A stretch of DNA of 63,853 nt, filler included, from Lama guanicoe (lineage: Eukaryota): NCBI GenBank assembly GCA_013239625.1. It is 209 parts of 209 records of this genome, joined end to end, with 100 filler letters (N's around TTAATTAATTAA, not from the genome) between each part and the next. Parts side by side here need not be neighbours in the genome. Positions count along the whole stretch, not along the records: positions 39,474 to 39,679 come from PNXV01033873.1; positions 39,780 to 39,985 come from PNXV01033874.1; positions 40,086 to 40,291 come from PNXV01033875.1; positions 40,392 to 40,597 come from PNXV01033876.1; positions 40,698 to 40,903 come from PNXV01033877.1; positions 41,004 to 41,209 come from PNXV01033878.1; positions 41,310 to 41,515 come from PNXV01033879.1; positions 41,616 to 41,821 come from PNXV01033880.1; 201 more parts are not named here. One strand, written 5' to 3'. The translations under genes and the position numbers were made by a program. The notes below the pieces were generated by a model. It was not told the origin of the DNA and did not search any database. It saw only the letters and a program-made list of their open reading frames with translations. This document shows, in pieces, positions 39,656 through 51,001 of this stretch. The stretch's first letter is position 1; the number at the start of each line of letters is the position of its first letter.

Positions 39656-40697
39656 GACCGCCTCCCATCCGAGCACTACNNNNNNNNNNNNNNNNNNNNN
39701 NNNNNNNNNNNNNNNNNNNNNNNTTAATTAATTAANNNNNNNNNNNNNNNNNNNNNNNNNNNNNNNNNNNNNNNNNNNNACGCAAAGGCCCCGAGGTAGC
39801 AGCAATGTTCGCAAATTTGAGGAACAGCAAGGAGGGCAGTGTGGCAGGAGGGACGTGCGAAGGACGGAGGCGGGAAATGAGGTTGGAGAGAGATGTGGAC
39901 CTGGCTCACGGGCAGCAGGAGTCAGCTGTGCTGGCCCGAATCAAAAATTGGAGTCATACTAGGAAGCATCACGACGTAGGATACCNNNNNNNNNNNNNNN
40001 NNNNNNNNNNNNNNNNNNNNNNNNNNNNNTTAATTAATTAANNNNNNNNNNNNNNNNNNNNNNNNNNNNNNNNNNNNNNNNNNNNTGTCTCTCTTTTTGG
40101 AGATGGAGATGGAATTCTCACTGGAGAACACTGTTCCTCTGGCTCCAACTCAGGACCTGCTGGTCAGGCGGAGGACATGTGGCTTGCTCCACCACTGGAG
40201 GAGCTAGTGGAGGTGACATTGGCTCTCGCACTAGAGGTGGTAGTAGAAACAGAGGTGAAGCTATTTCTAGATTCAGGGTTGGCCCTTCTTCNNNNNNNNN
40301 NNNNNNNNNNNNNNNNNNNNNNNNNNNNNNNNNNNTTAATTAATTAANNNNNNNNNNNNNNNNNNNNNNNNNNNNNNNNNNNNNNNNNNNNGAAACAGGT
40401 ACCAAGTTCATGGACTGGAAGACTAGTATTGCTTGTTTTATTGAGATATAATTGATTTACAATATTATATAAATTTCGGGTGTGACAAGAGTGATTCACA
40501 ATTTTTCAAAGTTATACTCTAGTTATAGTTATTATAAAATATTGGCTATATTCTGTGTGCTGTACAATATATCCTTGTAGCTTATTTATTTTATACANNN
40601 NNNNNNNNNNNNNNNNNNNNNNNNNNNNNNNNNNNNNNNNNTTAATTAATTAANNNNNNNNNNNNNNNNNNNNNNNNNNNNNNNNNNNNNNNNNNNN

Positions 40698-40903
40698 GTT
40701 TGCTGGGGTAGACTGCCCTAGGAGAACGTTGCTGACGTGTGTGTCCGATGTTTTGCCCATGTGTTCTTCTGAGGGGCGTGTAGTGTCTTGTCTTAGGTTT
40801 AAGTCCTTAAGCCATTTTGAATTAATTTTTGTGTACGGTGTGAGGGAGTGTCCCAACTTCATTGATTTCCATGCAGCTGTCCAGTTTCCCCTGCATCATT
40901 TGC
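40698..40903 (-). mobile_element. LINE-1 ORF2 fragment
   Basis: The minus frame reads [27 protein letters not shown], a canonical L1 ORF2 motif. Confidence 0.95.
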
Positions 40904-42023
40904 NNNNNNNNNNNNNNNNNNNNNNNNNNNNNNNNNNNNNNNNNNNNTTAATTAATTAANNNNNNNNNNNNNNNNNNNNNNNNNNNNNNNNNNNNNNNNN
41001 NNNTCTTGTGCACCTAGTTGAGGCTGGTGGTGTTTTGAGGAGAGAGATGTACCTTAAACTTTGCAGCTTTCAGCAGGGGTAACGGGAGGGGAAATTGGAT
41101 GAAGGTGGTCAAAAGGCACAGATTTCCCGTTATAAGATAAATAAGTACTAGGGATGTAACGTACAACGTGATAAATATAATTAACACTGCTGCTTGTTGT
41201 ATATGAAAGNNNNNNNNNNNNNNNNNNNNNNNNNNNNNNNNNNNNNNNNNNNNTTAATTAATTAANNNNNNNNNNNNNNNNNNNNNNNNNNNNNNNNNNN
41301 NNNNNNNNNATCATTGACTTCTTAGGAACACGGCTTGATGCCAAAATTCACTCTATTTACTACATACAGCTACATATTTAAAGCACTGAATGTGTTCATT
41401 GCATTCTAAACATCAGAACATAAACCGAAACAAAAACTTAAAAACTGGCCATAGTCTACCTCAAGCTGATGGAAGGGCCTGTGTACTACTCAAATTGTTA
41501 GCAAGTTTTTTTTTTNNNNNNNNNNNNNNNNNNNNNNNNNNNNNNNNNNNNNNNNNNNNTTAATTAATTAANNNNNNNNNNNNNNNNNNNNNNNNNNNNN
41601 NNNNNNNNNNNNNNNGCGCTGACCTCTGGCTTCACTGGGCGCAGCGTGGATGTAGATGCCCTGGGCCTGGAAGTACCTGTCTTGTCCGCACTGGGCTTCA
41701 CTGGCCAAGCAAGGTCTTCCTCCATTCCACCCTCTTGCTAAGGCAGGCCAGAGAGCCTAACAGTAGAGTGATAGCCAACGGCCAGATACACGGCTCCCAA
41801 ACCCCTCTCCACATCTCCAATNNNNNNNNNNNNNNNNNNNNNNNNNNNNNNNNNNNNNNNNNNNNTTAATTAATTAANNNNNNNNNNNNNNNNNNNNNNN
41901 NNNNNNNNNNNNNNNNNNNNNTCACCTCCACAGAATTCACTGGACCCCAGGAGTGGCTGAGATCTCTGAGGAAGGAGTGCGGCCCCAGGCCCCAGACCAG
42001 TCACCTCCTCTGTTTCTTCGCAG

Positions 42024-42127
42024 ACCCAGTGGCACAGCCCTCCATCCAAGCCAGCAACACCACTGTCACAGAATATGAGGATACCGTGTTCCTGACCTGT
42101 CTTACAAATGACACTGGGATCTCCATC
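42024..42127 (+). CDS. CEACAM-family IgC-like A2-type domain exon (partial), CEACAM1-like
   Basis: Polypyrimidine tract and cag acceptor (AG at 42022-42023), phase 1, then PVAQPSIQASNTTVTEYEDTVFLTCLTNDTGISI. Compare CEACAM1 A2 ..TTVT..KDSVNLTCSTNDTGISI. Confidence 0.88.
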
Positions 42128-42227
42128 NNNNNNNNNNNNNNNNNNNNNNNNNNNNNNNNNNNNNNNNNNNNTTAATTAATTAANNNNNNNNNNNNNNNNN
42201 NNNNNNNNNNNNNNNNNNNNNNNNNNN

Positions 42228-42433
42228 ACACACCCCGTACACACACCACACACCTTACCTGGGCACACACACCACACGTAGTTGTCCACACTCCCTCACC
42301 ACACACAGCACACACATGCACGCATTTACACACTTGTGTACCCACATACGCTACATACATCCCACACAACATGCACACACACACCCCCACATACACCTTA
42401 CACACATATACCACAAACATGTACACACACACA
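42228..42433. repeat. Degenerate (CA)n low-complexity tract
   Basis: Read directly from the sequence. Confidence 0.9.
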
Positions 42434-42579
42434 NNNNNNNNNNNNNNNNNNNNNNNNNNNNNNNNNNNNNNNNNNNNTTAATTAATTAANNNNNNNNNNN
42501 NNNNNNNNNNNNNNNNNNNNNNNNNNNNNNNNNATTTGTATTTAATGGTGATGCCCTAAAAAGCAGATGGAACCAGATC

Positions 42580-42739
42580 CTACAGGATTAGTGTCCTTGT
42601 AAGAAAGAGACACCAGAGACTGCTGTCTCTCTCTCCCCACATGCATGTGCCGAGGAAAGGCTACAGCAGAGTACAGTGAGATGGTGCTCCTCAGCCAGTC
42701 AAGAAGAAAGCTCTCACTAAAAATTCGATCAGCCGGAAC
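42580..42739 (+). mobile_element. MaLR LTR (MLT1A-like)
   Basis: ggattagtgtccttgtaagaaagagacaccagaga...gaggaaaggc...acagtgagatgg. Confidence 0.75.
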
Positions 42740-44369
42740 NNNNNNNNNNNNNNNNNNNNNNNNNNNNNNNNNNNNNNNNNNNNTTAATTAATTAANNNNN
42801 NNNNNNNNNNNNNNNNNNNNNNNNNNNNNNNNNNNNNNNCTGGCCCTGGCACTGCTCTTCCTCTAGGAGTTCAGAGACTCCGCGTTCCTGCCTGTGGCCC
42901 TGCCCTCGCCTCTGCCAGGCATTCAGCGGGAAGGGGCAGCACACTTGCCTGGCCCAGGCCTGCCCCACCTCCCAGGAGCACGCAGCATTCGCAGTGGCAT
43001 TCCATCACGGGAGCTCAGGGCGGGGTCGCACCTGCCTGCAAACGGNNNNNNNNNNNNNNNNNNNNNNNNNNNNNNNNNNNNNNNNNNNNTTAATTAATTA
43101 ANNNNNNNNNNNNNNNNNNNNNNNNNNNNNNNNNNNNNNNNNNNNTATCACTTTTAAACTTTTCGTGAATAAGCAAAGATTATTCTTATCCTCATAAAAT
43201 GTTATTATATTGTTTTGAGATAACATGAAAATCTAAAGATGTCCCAAAAATTAAAATCCTGTTTTTGAATGTGCATGTCTGTATAAGTGTATATATATAC
43301 ACATGAGGAAAGATGGATGAATAGATGATTAATTAATAGATAGATAGATAGNNNNNNNNNNNNNNNNNNNNNNNNNNNNNNNNNNNNNNNNNNNNTTAAT
43401 TAATTAANNNNNNNNNNNNNNNNNNNNNNNNNNNNNNNNNNNNNNNNNNNNAGAGTCGGAGAGAGAAGGTTTTCAATTCTCCCCAAAACCAATTTCACGC
43501 AGTAAACATACACAGCAAGATCGACAGACGGGGGGCAGACGGATGGAGACACTCTGGGCAAGGTGCCACTCTCGGTGGCAAGTGCGACTTGGTGTCTTTC
43601 CAGCCTCGTGGCTTGTTTATTCAACCTTAGTGGGTTTTGTCCCCAGTGAACTGGGCTNNNNNNNNNNNNNNNNNNNNNNNNNNNNNNNNNNNNNNNNNNN
43701 NTTAATTAATTAANNNNNNNNNNNNNNNNNNNNNNNNNNNNNNNNNNNNNNNNNNNNTTAAATCAAATTTAATTTTCTTCCATCTATAAAGCAACATATT
43801 TCATGTCAAGAAAAGCTATAAGAAGTCAGAGGATCACTTGTGTTTGTATTGTGCCCAGTGATAGCAGTGAAACCACAAACCTAGATGAATTGCTCTTTGT
43901 CTTCTCATTTTTCTCATCCAAGATTGAAGGCTAAAAAATGTCTTTAATTCTGTACAGATAAAANNNNNNNNNNNNNNNNNNNNNNNNNNNNNNNNNNNNN
44001 NNNNNNNTTAATTAATTAANNNNNNNNNNNNNNNNNNNNNNNNNNNNNNNNNNNNNNNNNNNNTGTCCCAGGTTACACTGCATCTCTCCCCCTATGTCCA
44101 GGCCTCCTAATTTCAATTCCAGCCTATTTCTACATCATGCCACCCCGTGACAATGCCCCCCAACACACACATAATAATCATAATCAGTAGCTGCATGACT
44201 GAATGCTTACTGAGAGCCCAGTGATATGCCATCTACTCTTTGCATATTGTATTCTATTTAAACCCTAAGNNNNNNNNNNNNNNNNNNNNNNNNNNNNNNN
44301 NNNNNNNNNNNNNTTAATTAATTAANNNNNNNNNNNNNNNNNNNNNNNNNNNNNNNNNNNNNNNNNNNN

Positions 44370-44575
44370 TTTATAAAAAAATTCTTAACAAATTCCTTCC
44401 AGATAGAATATGACTAAATATAATAAAAGCCATATATGAAAAACCCATAACTAACATCAAGTTAAATGTTAACATAAAGGAAAGTTTCCACTGGTCCAGT
44501 AATAAGAAAAATCAGCTCATTCTCAAAAGTCTTAAATTACACTACTAGAAGTCCTACCCAGAACAACTAGTCAAG
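44370..44575 (+). mobile_element. LINE-1 ORF2 reverse-transcriptase region, degenerate
   Basis: ataataaaagccatatatgaaaaaccc (IIKAIYEKP) and ctagaagtccta (LEVL). Confidence 0.8.
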
Positions 44576-46817
44576 NNNNNNNNNNNNNNNNNNNNNNNNN
44601 NNNNNNNNNNNNNNNNNNNTTAATTAATTAANNNNNNNNNNNNNNNNNNNNNNNNNNNNNNNNNNNNNNNNNNNNTTTTTCAATTTTTGTTTCTCATTGG
44701 AGCTATTTCTTCCCAGCCCGGCCGTCACTCATGCAGGAGAAGGCATCTTCCTGGGACTCATCCAACCTGGCAATGAGTCTCGAGAAGCCATGACGATGTC
44801 CCCAACTCCCATCCCAGACCCTGGCCCTGAGCCAGCCACAGCGAGCATCTCATGGTCCAAAGTCCACCTCAGACCCAGAGTNNNNNNNNNNNNNNNNNNN
44901 NNNNNNNNNNNNNNNNNNNNNNNNNTTAATTAATTAANNNNNNNNNNNNNNNNNNNNNNNNNNNNNNNNNNNNNNNNNNNNCCTGGCAGCAGCTGGGCAG
45001 AGGTCCGCTCAAAGCTCTAAAGCACCAGGGCAGTTCAGCAGCAGGTAAAGGCAGGAGCAAACGACACGTCTGCGTACGACGAGTCTGAAACCAGACCGAC
45101 GAGGAAGTACAAGAAACGACCGCAGCCGACCCCGGACAGGGGCGCATTTCACACAGCCGCCTGGCTCCGCGCGACTCAGCGCAAGGGNNNNNNNNNNNNN
45201 NNNNNNNNNNNNNNNNNNNNNNNNNNNNNNNTTAATTAATTAANNNNNNNNNNNNNNNNNNNNNNNNNNNNNNNNNNNNNNNNNNNNGTCCCAACCAAGT
45301 GCTACATGAGAGGCGGAAGGAGGCTCCAGGAGGGCTGGGGTGGCAGTGACATGACTGGCTAGTAGTGCTGGCCAGCAGCTATCCCTGGTCTTAGCCACCG
45401 CAAGGAGCAGGTCACCGGGCTGTGGAGAGCTGCTGGCAGCGGGTGGCAACTGCCGGAGCCTAGGTTCTCAGCTCTGACCTCTCTGCTTTCTGTNNNNNNN
45501 NNNNNNNNNNNNNNNNNNNNNNNNNNNNNNNNNNNNNTTAATTAATTAANNNNNNNNNNNNNNNNNNNNNNNNNNNNNNNNNNNNNNNNNNNNTCATTAA
45601 TAGTCTTGGGCACTTGGAAATTCCTTTCTAGAACTTTGGGAGATTTTCTTCTATTTAAAAAAAGTTACTTCCAGTCTCATTATTAAATTTTTACTTTTTA
45701 ATTTTTTTTACTTTTTAAAAAAAATTACTTGATCATGTTATTAACCTTAGGAATAGAAGTGTAAACAGCACAAGTCATGAATTTATTAATTGGTCTTCTN
45801 NNNNNNNNNNNNNNNNNNNNNNNNNNNNNNNNNNNNNNNNNNNTTAATTAATTAANNNNNNNNNNNNNNNNNNNNNNNNNNNNNNNNNNNNNNNNNNNNA
45901 CTTTTGAGGGCTCTGTGCTTTGATATATTTTTATTTAGTCTACTATATTTTTTTGAAATAGCATTTAACAAAATAAAAATAACTGTAGCACTCTATTTAC
46001 CAACCAAACCCAGTAACAAAATTAGCGTGGTTTGTTTTTCTCATCACTTTGATGGTTTCACAAGATATGACTTGGTTATCAGAAAAGATGAATTGTGATA
46101 CTGAANNNNNNNNNNNNNNNNNNNNNNNNNNNNNNNNNNNNNNNNNNNNTTAATTAATTAANNNNNNNNNNNNNNNNNNNNNNNNNNNNNNNNNNNNNNN
46201 NNNNNCAAATTACCTTTGTGTTGAAACTTTATTAAAAAGAAACAGAATCTATATAGACACAATTTCTGGGTAGGAGATCGATCCCCTCCCCCTTGCCCTC
46301 GCAATCATAGCTCAGATGACACCTCACTAACGATCTCTGTCCTCTACTAGACACGTTTGTTCAGTTAGTGTCATTTCCTTAGCTCTGTGGCAGTGCCTTC
46401 CACGTGGTAGGNNNNNNNNNNNNNNNNNNNNNNNNNNNNNNNNNNNNNNNNNNNNTTAATTAATTAANNNNNNNNNNNNNNNNNNNNNNNNNNNNNNNNN
46501 NNNNNNNNNNNTTTTTGACATGTAGTTGATTTACAATGTTAGTTTCAGGTGTACAGCAAAATGATTCGGTTATATGTATTCGTACATGTATTTTTTTCAG
46601 ATTCTTTCCTATGTTATTACAAGAAATTGAATATAGTTCTGTGCATACAGTAGCTCCTTGTTGTTTACTTATTTTATATATAGTAATATGTATCTGTTAA
46701 TCCCAAACTCCTAATTTNNNNNNNNNNNNNNNNNNNNNNNNNNNNNNNNNNNNNNNNNNNNTTAATTAATTAANNNNNNNNNNNNNNNNNNNNNNNNNNN
46801 NNNNNNNNNNNNNNNNN

Positions 46818-47023
46818 GGGAGGAGGAGGGAGCAGGAAGATGGCAGAGTTACCAAGTGGGCGCCTGAGTCATAGCCTGGGGCTGCGCGACCCTCCTGGAA
46901 GCCCCGGGCCGGGGCGGAATCGGGCGGCTCCGCGCGGCCGGCACTCCCGGGGCTGGTGCGCGGCGGAATGGGGCGGCGGCGGCGGCAGCAAGGACATCAC
47001 ACCCGCTCCGGTCCTGGGGGAGG
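46818..47023 (+). promoter_or_regulatory. CpG-island fragment; near-copy of 307-512 in opposite orientation
   Basis: GC/CpG rich, with an aagatggc motif and a (GGC)n run. Confidence 0.6.
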
Positions 47024-47429
47024 NNNNNNNNNNNNNNNNNNNNNNNNNNNNNNNNNNNNNNNNNNNNTTAATTAATTAANNNNNNNNNNNNNNNNNNNNN
47101 NNNNNNNNNNNNNNNNNNNNNNNAGGTCATACAAATATGAGATGTCATTCTCATGTACCTGAATTTTGACCACAACCTTATTTTATAGTTATCTAGTTTC
47201 TTAATGGTCAAAGTAATGCTGAACAAGAGTGATCTTCAGTTTTCTTCGAAAGAACCCTTGTGCAGGGAATCCATTATGTTGTCTAGGAGAACTCAATGTG
47301 GCGATTTCCAATGGCATCCTTCAGAGACCNNNNNNNNNNNNNNNNNNNNNNNNNNNNNNNNNNNNNNNNNNNNTTAATTAATTAANNNNNNNNNNNNNNN
47401 NNNNNNNNNNNNNNNNNNNNNNNNNNNNN

Positions 47430-47635
47430 AAAAAAAAAGAAGAAAGAAAAAAAGAAAAAAGAGGACAGTAATGAATTTATCTACAAAACAGAAACAGATT
47501 CACAGACATAGAAAACTAATTTATGGTTACCAAAAGTGTAGAGGGGATAAGGACAAATTAGGAATGCAGGATTAACAGATACAAATTATAATAAAAAAAT
47601 AGATAAGCAACATGGATTTACTGGATAGCACAGGG
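47430..47635 (+). mobile_element. LINE-1 3' UTR (cetartiodactyl type)
   Basis: aatgaatttatctacaaaacagaaacagattcacagacatagaaaac..tatggttaccaaa. Confidence 0.88.
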
Positions 47636-48041
47636 NNNNNNNNNNNNNNNNNNNNNNNNNNNNNNNNNNNNNNNNNNNNTTAATTAATTAANNNNNNNNN
47701 NNNNNNNNNNNNNNNNNNNNNNNNNNNNNNNNNNNCTTCCTTGGCCATCCGGTAGAAAGAGAAGGAAGCTCCTGATTCAGAATCGTTATGATGCCTCAGA
47801 TTCCAGGAGTCCACCTGCAGCCGGCCGTCCAGCATTGAGTGCCATGTTGACCTCTCCAAAGGGCACATACTTTTCCTTGCCGATAGAAAAACAAAGGACA
47901 AGAAAACAAAACCAAACGTCCAAAACTCAAAGAGGTACGCCNNNNNNNNNNNNNNNNNNNNNNNNNNNNNNNNNNNNNNNNNNNNTTAATTAATTAANNN
48001 NNNNNNNNNNNNNNNNNNNNNNNNNNNNNNNNNNNNNNNNN

Positions 48042-48247
48042 AGCTAACACCCCTGGGAGCAGCCCTCAGCCAGTGATGGATGGGAATGGGAGGACAGACA
48101 TCCCAGCTTCCTTGTCTCTCAAGAGAAACAGCCTGAGGTGTATTGTACATGACTAGGTGTCCCTGATGCGGTTACCTTTGGTTCCCTGCAACAGTGACCT
48201 GCTCATCTGCTCACCCGAGTTGACTCCCTTCCTGTCCCTATCTCCCT
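48042..48247. mobile_element. ERVL LTR16-like fragment
   Basis: taacacccctgggagcagccctcagccagtgatggatggga. Confidence 0.6.
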
Positions 48248-48364
48248 NNNNNNNNNNNNNNNNNNNNNNNNNNNNNNNNNNNNNNNNNNNNTTAATTAAT
48301 TAANNNNNNNNNNNNNNNNNNNNNNNNNNNNNNNNNNNNNNNNNNNNTGAAAATAAGGGAAATA

Positions 48365-48503
48365 GGGGGAGGATTTAGCTCAATTAGTAGAGTGGTGGTT
48401 TAGCGTGCACAAGGTCCTGGGTTCAATTCCCAGTACCTCCATTAAAATAAACTTTCCCTGCCCTCCGAAAAAGAACAAAGTAAAAAATAGAAAAGAAATA
48501 AAA
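48365..48503 (+). mobile_element. tRNA-derived SINE (Vic-1-like, camelid)
   Basis: A box tagctcaattagtagag, B box ggttcaattccc, head ending acctcca at 48441, then an A-rich tail. Confidence 0.82.
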
Positions 48504-50795
48504 GCCTCTAAATCATAGGGTTCTAAAGGAGATTAAATTAGTTAATATACCTANNNNNNNNNNNNNNNNNNNNNNNNNNNNNNNNNNNNNNNNNNNNTTA
48601 ATTAATTAANNNNNNNNNNNNNNNNNNNNNNNNNNNNNNNNNNNNNNNNNNNNCCCCTTTTCATTTCTTTCCCTATTAAACCATTTTTTAGATAAAGCCA
48701 TTATATTTTATGATGTTCTAGTTTTCCACACAGACATAGACAACTTAAGCACTGAAGCAAGTTTCCAGTGAACTGGCACAAAACACTTACATTTGCTTGA
48801 ATTTTCCTCGGTAGTTTAAAGTATTTGGGGTCCCAATTTTCAAGATATTTGAATCAACCNNNNNNNNNNNNNNNNNNNNNNNNNNNNNNNNNNNNNNNNN
48901 NNNTTAATTAATTAANNNNNNNNNNNNNNNNNNNNNNNNNNNNNNNNNNNNNNNNNNNNTGGATCCCCTCATGAACTCTTCTGGGTCTGCCTTACTGGCT
49001 GCCGGAAGATCCTTAGTTCCTCACCTTCCCAAGCAGCGAGCCGCTGTCAGGACAAAGTCTTCTCGCACCAGGAATCCTCCACAAATGGTCGCCCCTACTT
49101 GAGTCTGGATCTGAACATATGCCATGTAGGGGAAGGAATGGGGCCTGGCTTCTTGTCCTCCGATGNNNNNNNNNNNNNNNNNNNNNNNNNNNNNNNNNNN
49201 NNNNNNNNNTTAATTAATTAANNNNNNNNNNNNNNNNNNNNNNNNNNNNNNNNNNNNNNNNNNNNGTTCCGATTAGAATATATAGTGAAGAGAGACCAAT
49301 CGTTGGATCAGAATGATAGCCTCAACAGATCTTTCTGCTTTAAAAACTGTAATGATAGATGATTATCAAAATATCTCAAGGCAGTGCATCGTATTTAAGG
49401 AGTTTGGGAACTTGAAATAATGAGTTATATTCAAAATGCTCCACTGTCAGAACTAAGAACATAAGTAATAANNNNNNNNNNNNNNNNNNNNNNNNNNNNN
49501 NNNNNNNNNNNNNNNTTAATTAATTAANNNNNNNNNNNNNNNNNNNNNNNNNNNNNNNNNNNNNNNNNNNNACACACAGGATTTCTCTGGGGCTCTTTCT
49601 AGCTGTTGGCTTTACCAAAGTTTGGTTTTCATTCCTCTCACTGTTCCTCTCTGTACACATCCTCCACCTCTGGGACCTCAAATCCAATGAGCGTCTCTGT
49701 ATTCTAGCTCAGTTTCTTTCAAGGTTCCCAATCCAACAGCCTCTCCAGAAATACCCTCCCCAGACAGTAATGTATGGNNNNNNNNNNNNNNNNNNNNNNN
49801 NNNNNNNNNNNNNNNNNNNNNTTAATTAATTAANNNNNNNNNNNNNNNNNNNNNNNNNNNNNNNNNNNNNNNNNNNNAGAACATTCCACATCTTAGGGAG
49901 GGGTTTCCTGCTAAACCAGAAGAGTCTCAGGCAAATCAAGACGATTGATTATTCTATTTGCGGACACGTGAAGAGGAAAAAAGTCTTCCCTTCCCCATGT
50001 CATGTTCCGTATGAGGGCATCAAACTGGACTATCTGAACTCTAGCATCTTGCAGAATGTTTATTCCTAAGGTATCTCATCTTTNNNNNNNNNNNNNNNNN
50101 NNNNNNNNNNNNNNNNNNNNNNNNNNNTTAATTAATTAANNNNNNNNNNNNNNNNNNNNNNNNNNNNNNNNNNNNNNNNNNNNCCCATGAAACAAATATC
50201 CAAACAGGGACAGGGAAGCTCAGAAAATATTTATAAGACCTGGTGGCCTCAGCCCCGGGGTCCTGGGCATCCTACTGGCCCCTCCCCCGCTGCCCAAGGT
50301 GAGGGAGGCAGTTTGTTGGAGGGGAGTATTTTGAAGACTGTCACTCCCAGAGCTTCTTTGTCAGCATCAATCAATTTCTACAGAATCCCNNNNNNNNNNN
50401 NNNNNNNNNNNNNNNNNNNNNNNNNNNNNNNNNTTAATTAATTAANNNNNNNNNNNNNNNNNNNNNNNNNNNNNNNNNNNNNNNNNNNNGAAATGAGAAC
50501 GGTGATCACTGACATCAGAAACTCAACAGACAGGTGGTGGAGAAGACTGCGTGCACACAGTTCAGAGGACAACCGGAGAACTGGAATCTAGATTGGAAGA
50601 AATTATCCAAAGTGTAGCACAGGGAGAATGAGAGGCAAAGGTACTGAAATCATGAAAGAGCTTGAGACATGGAGGGCAGAATAAGAAGTCTAAATNNNNN
50701 NNNNNNNNNNNNNNNNNNNNNNNNNNNNNNNNNNNNNNNTTAATTAATTAANNNNNNNNNNNNNNNNNNNNNNNNNNNNNNNNNNNNNNNNNNNN

Positions 50796-51001
50796 TACAT
50801 ATAATTTGTACATAATATATTAATATTTGAACATATAAAATATCAAAATATTTAGTATTTTAGTATAAATATACATTTGTATAGTGTATAATATATATTT
50901 AGTATAAATATAGATTAATATTGTGAACATATAACATTTAATATACTTTAATATATATAATAGCACATTATGATAAAATAATATTTGTTATTTATTTATA
51001 A
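50796..51001. repeat. AT-rich low-complexity tract
   Basis: Nearly all A/T with degenerate (TA)n. Confidence 0.85.

Noticed and set aside
40086..40291. Ser/Thr/Pro-rich coding-looking sequence on the minus strand
   Set aside because: The candidate frames contain stops and I could not assign a family; a pseudogene is possible but unsupported.
48365..48441. tRNA-Ala gene
   Set aside because: Stems are disrupted, an A-rich tail follows, and diverged copies occur at 39474-39655, so it is a SINE head.
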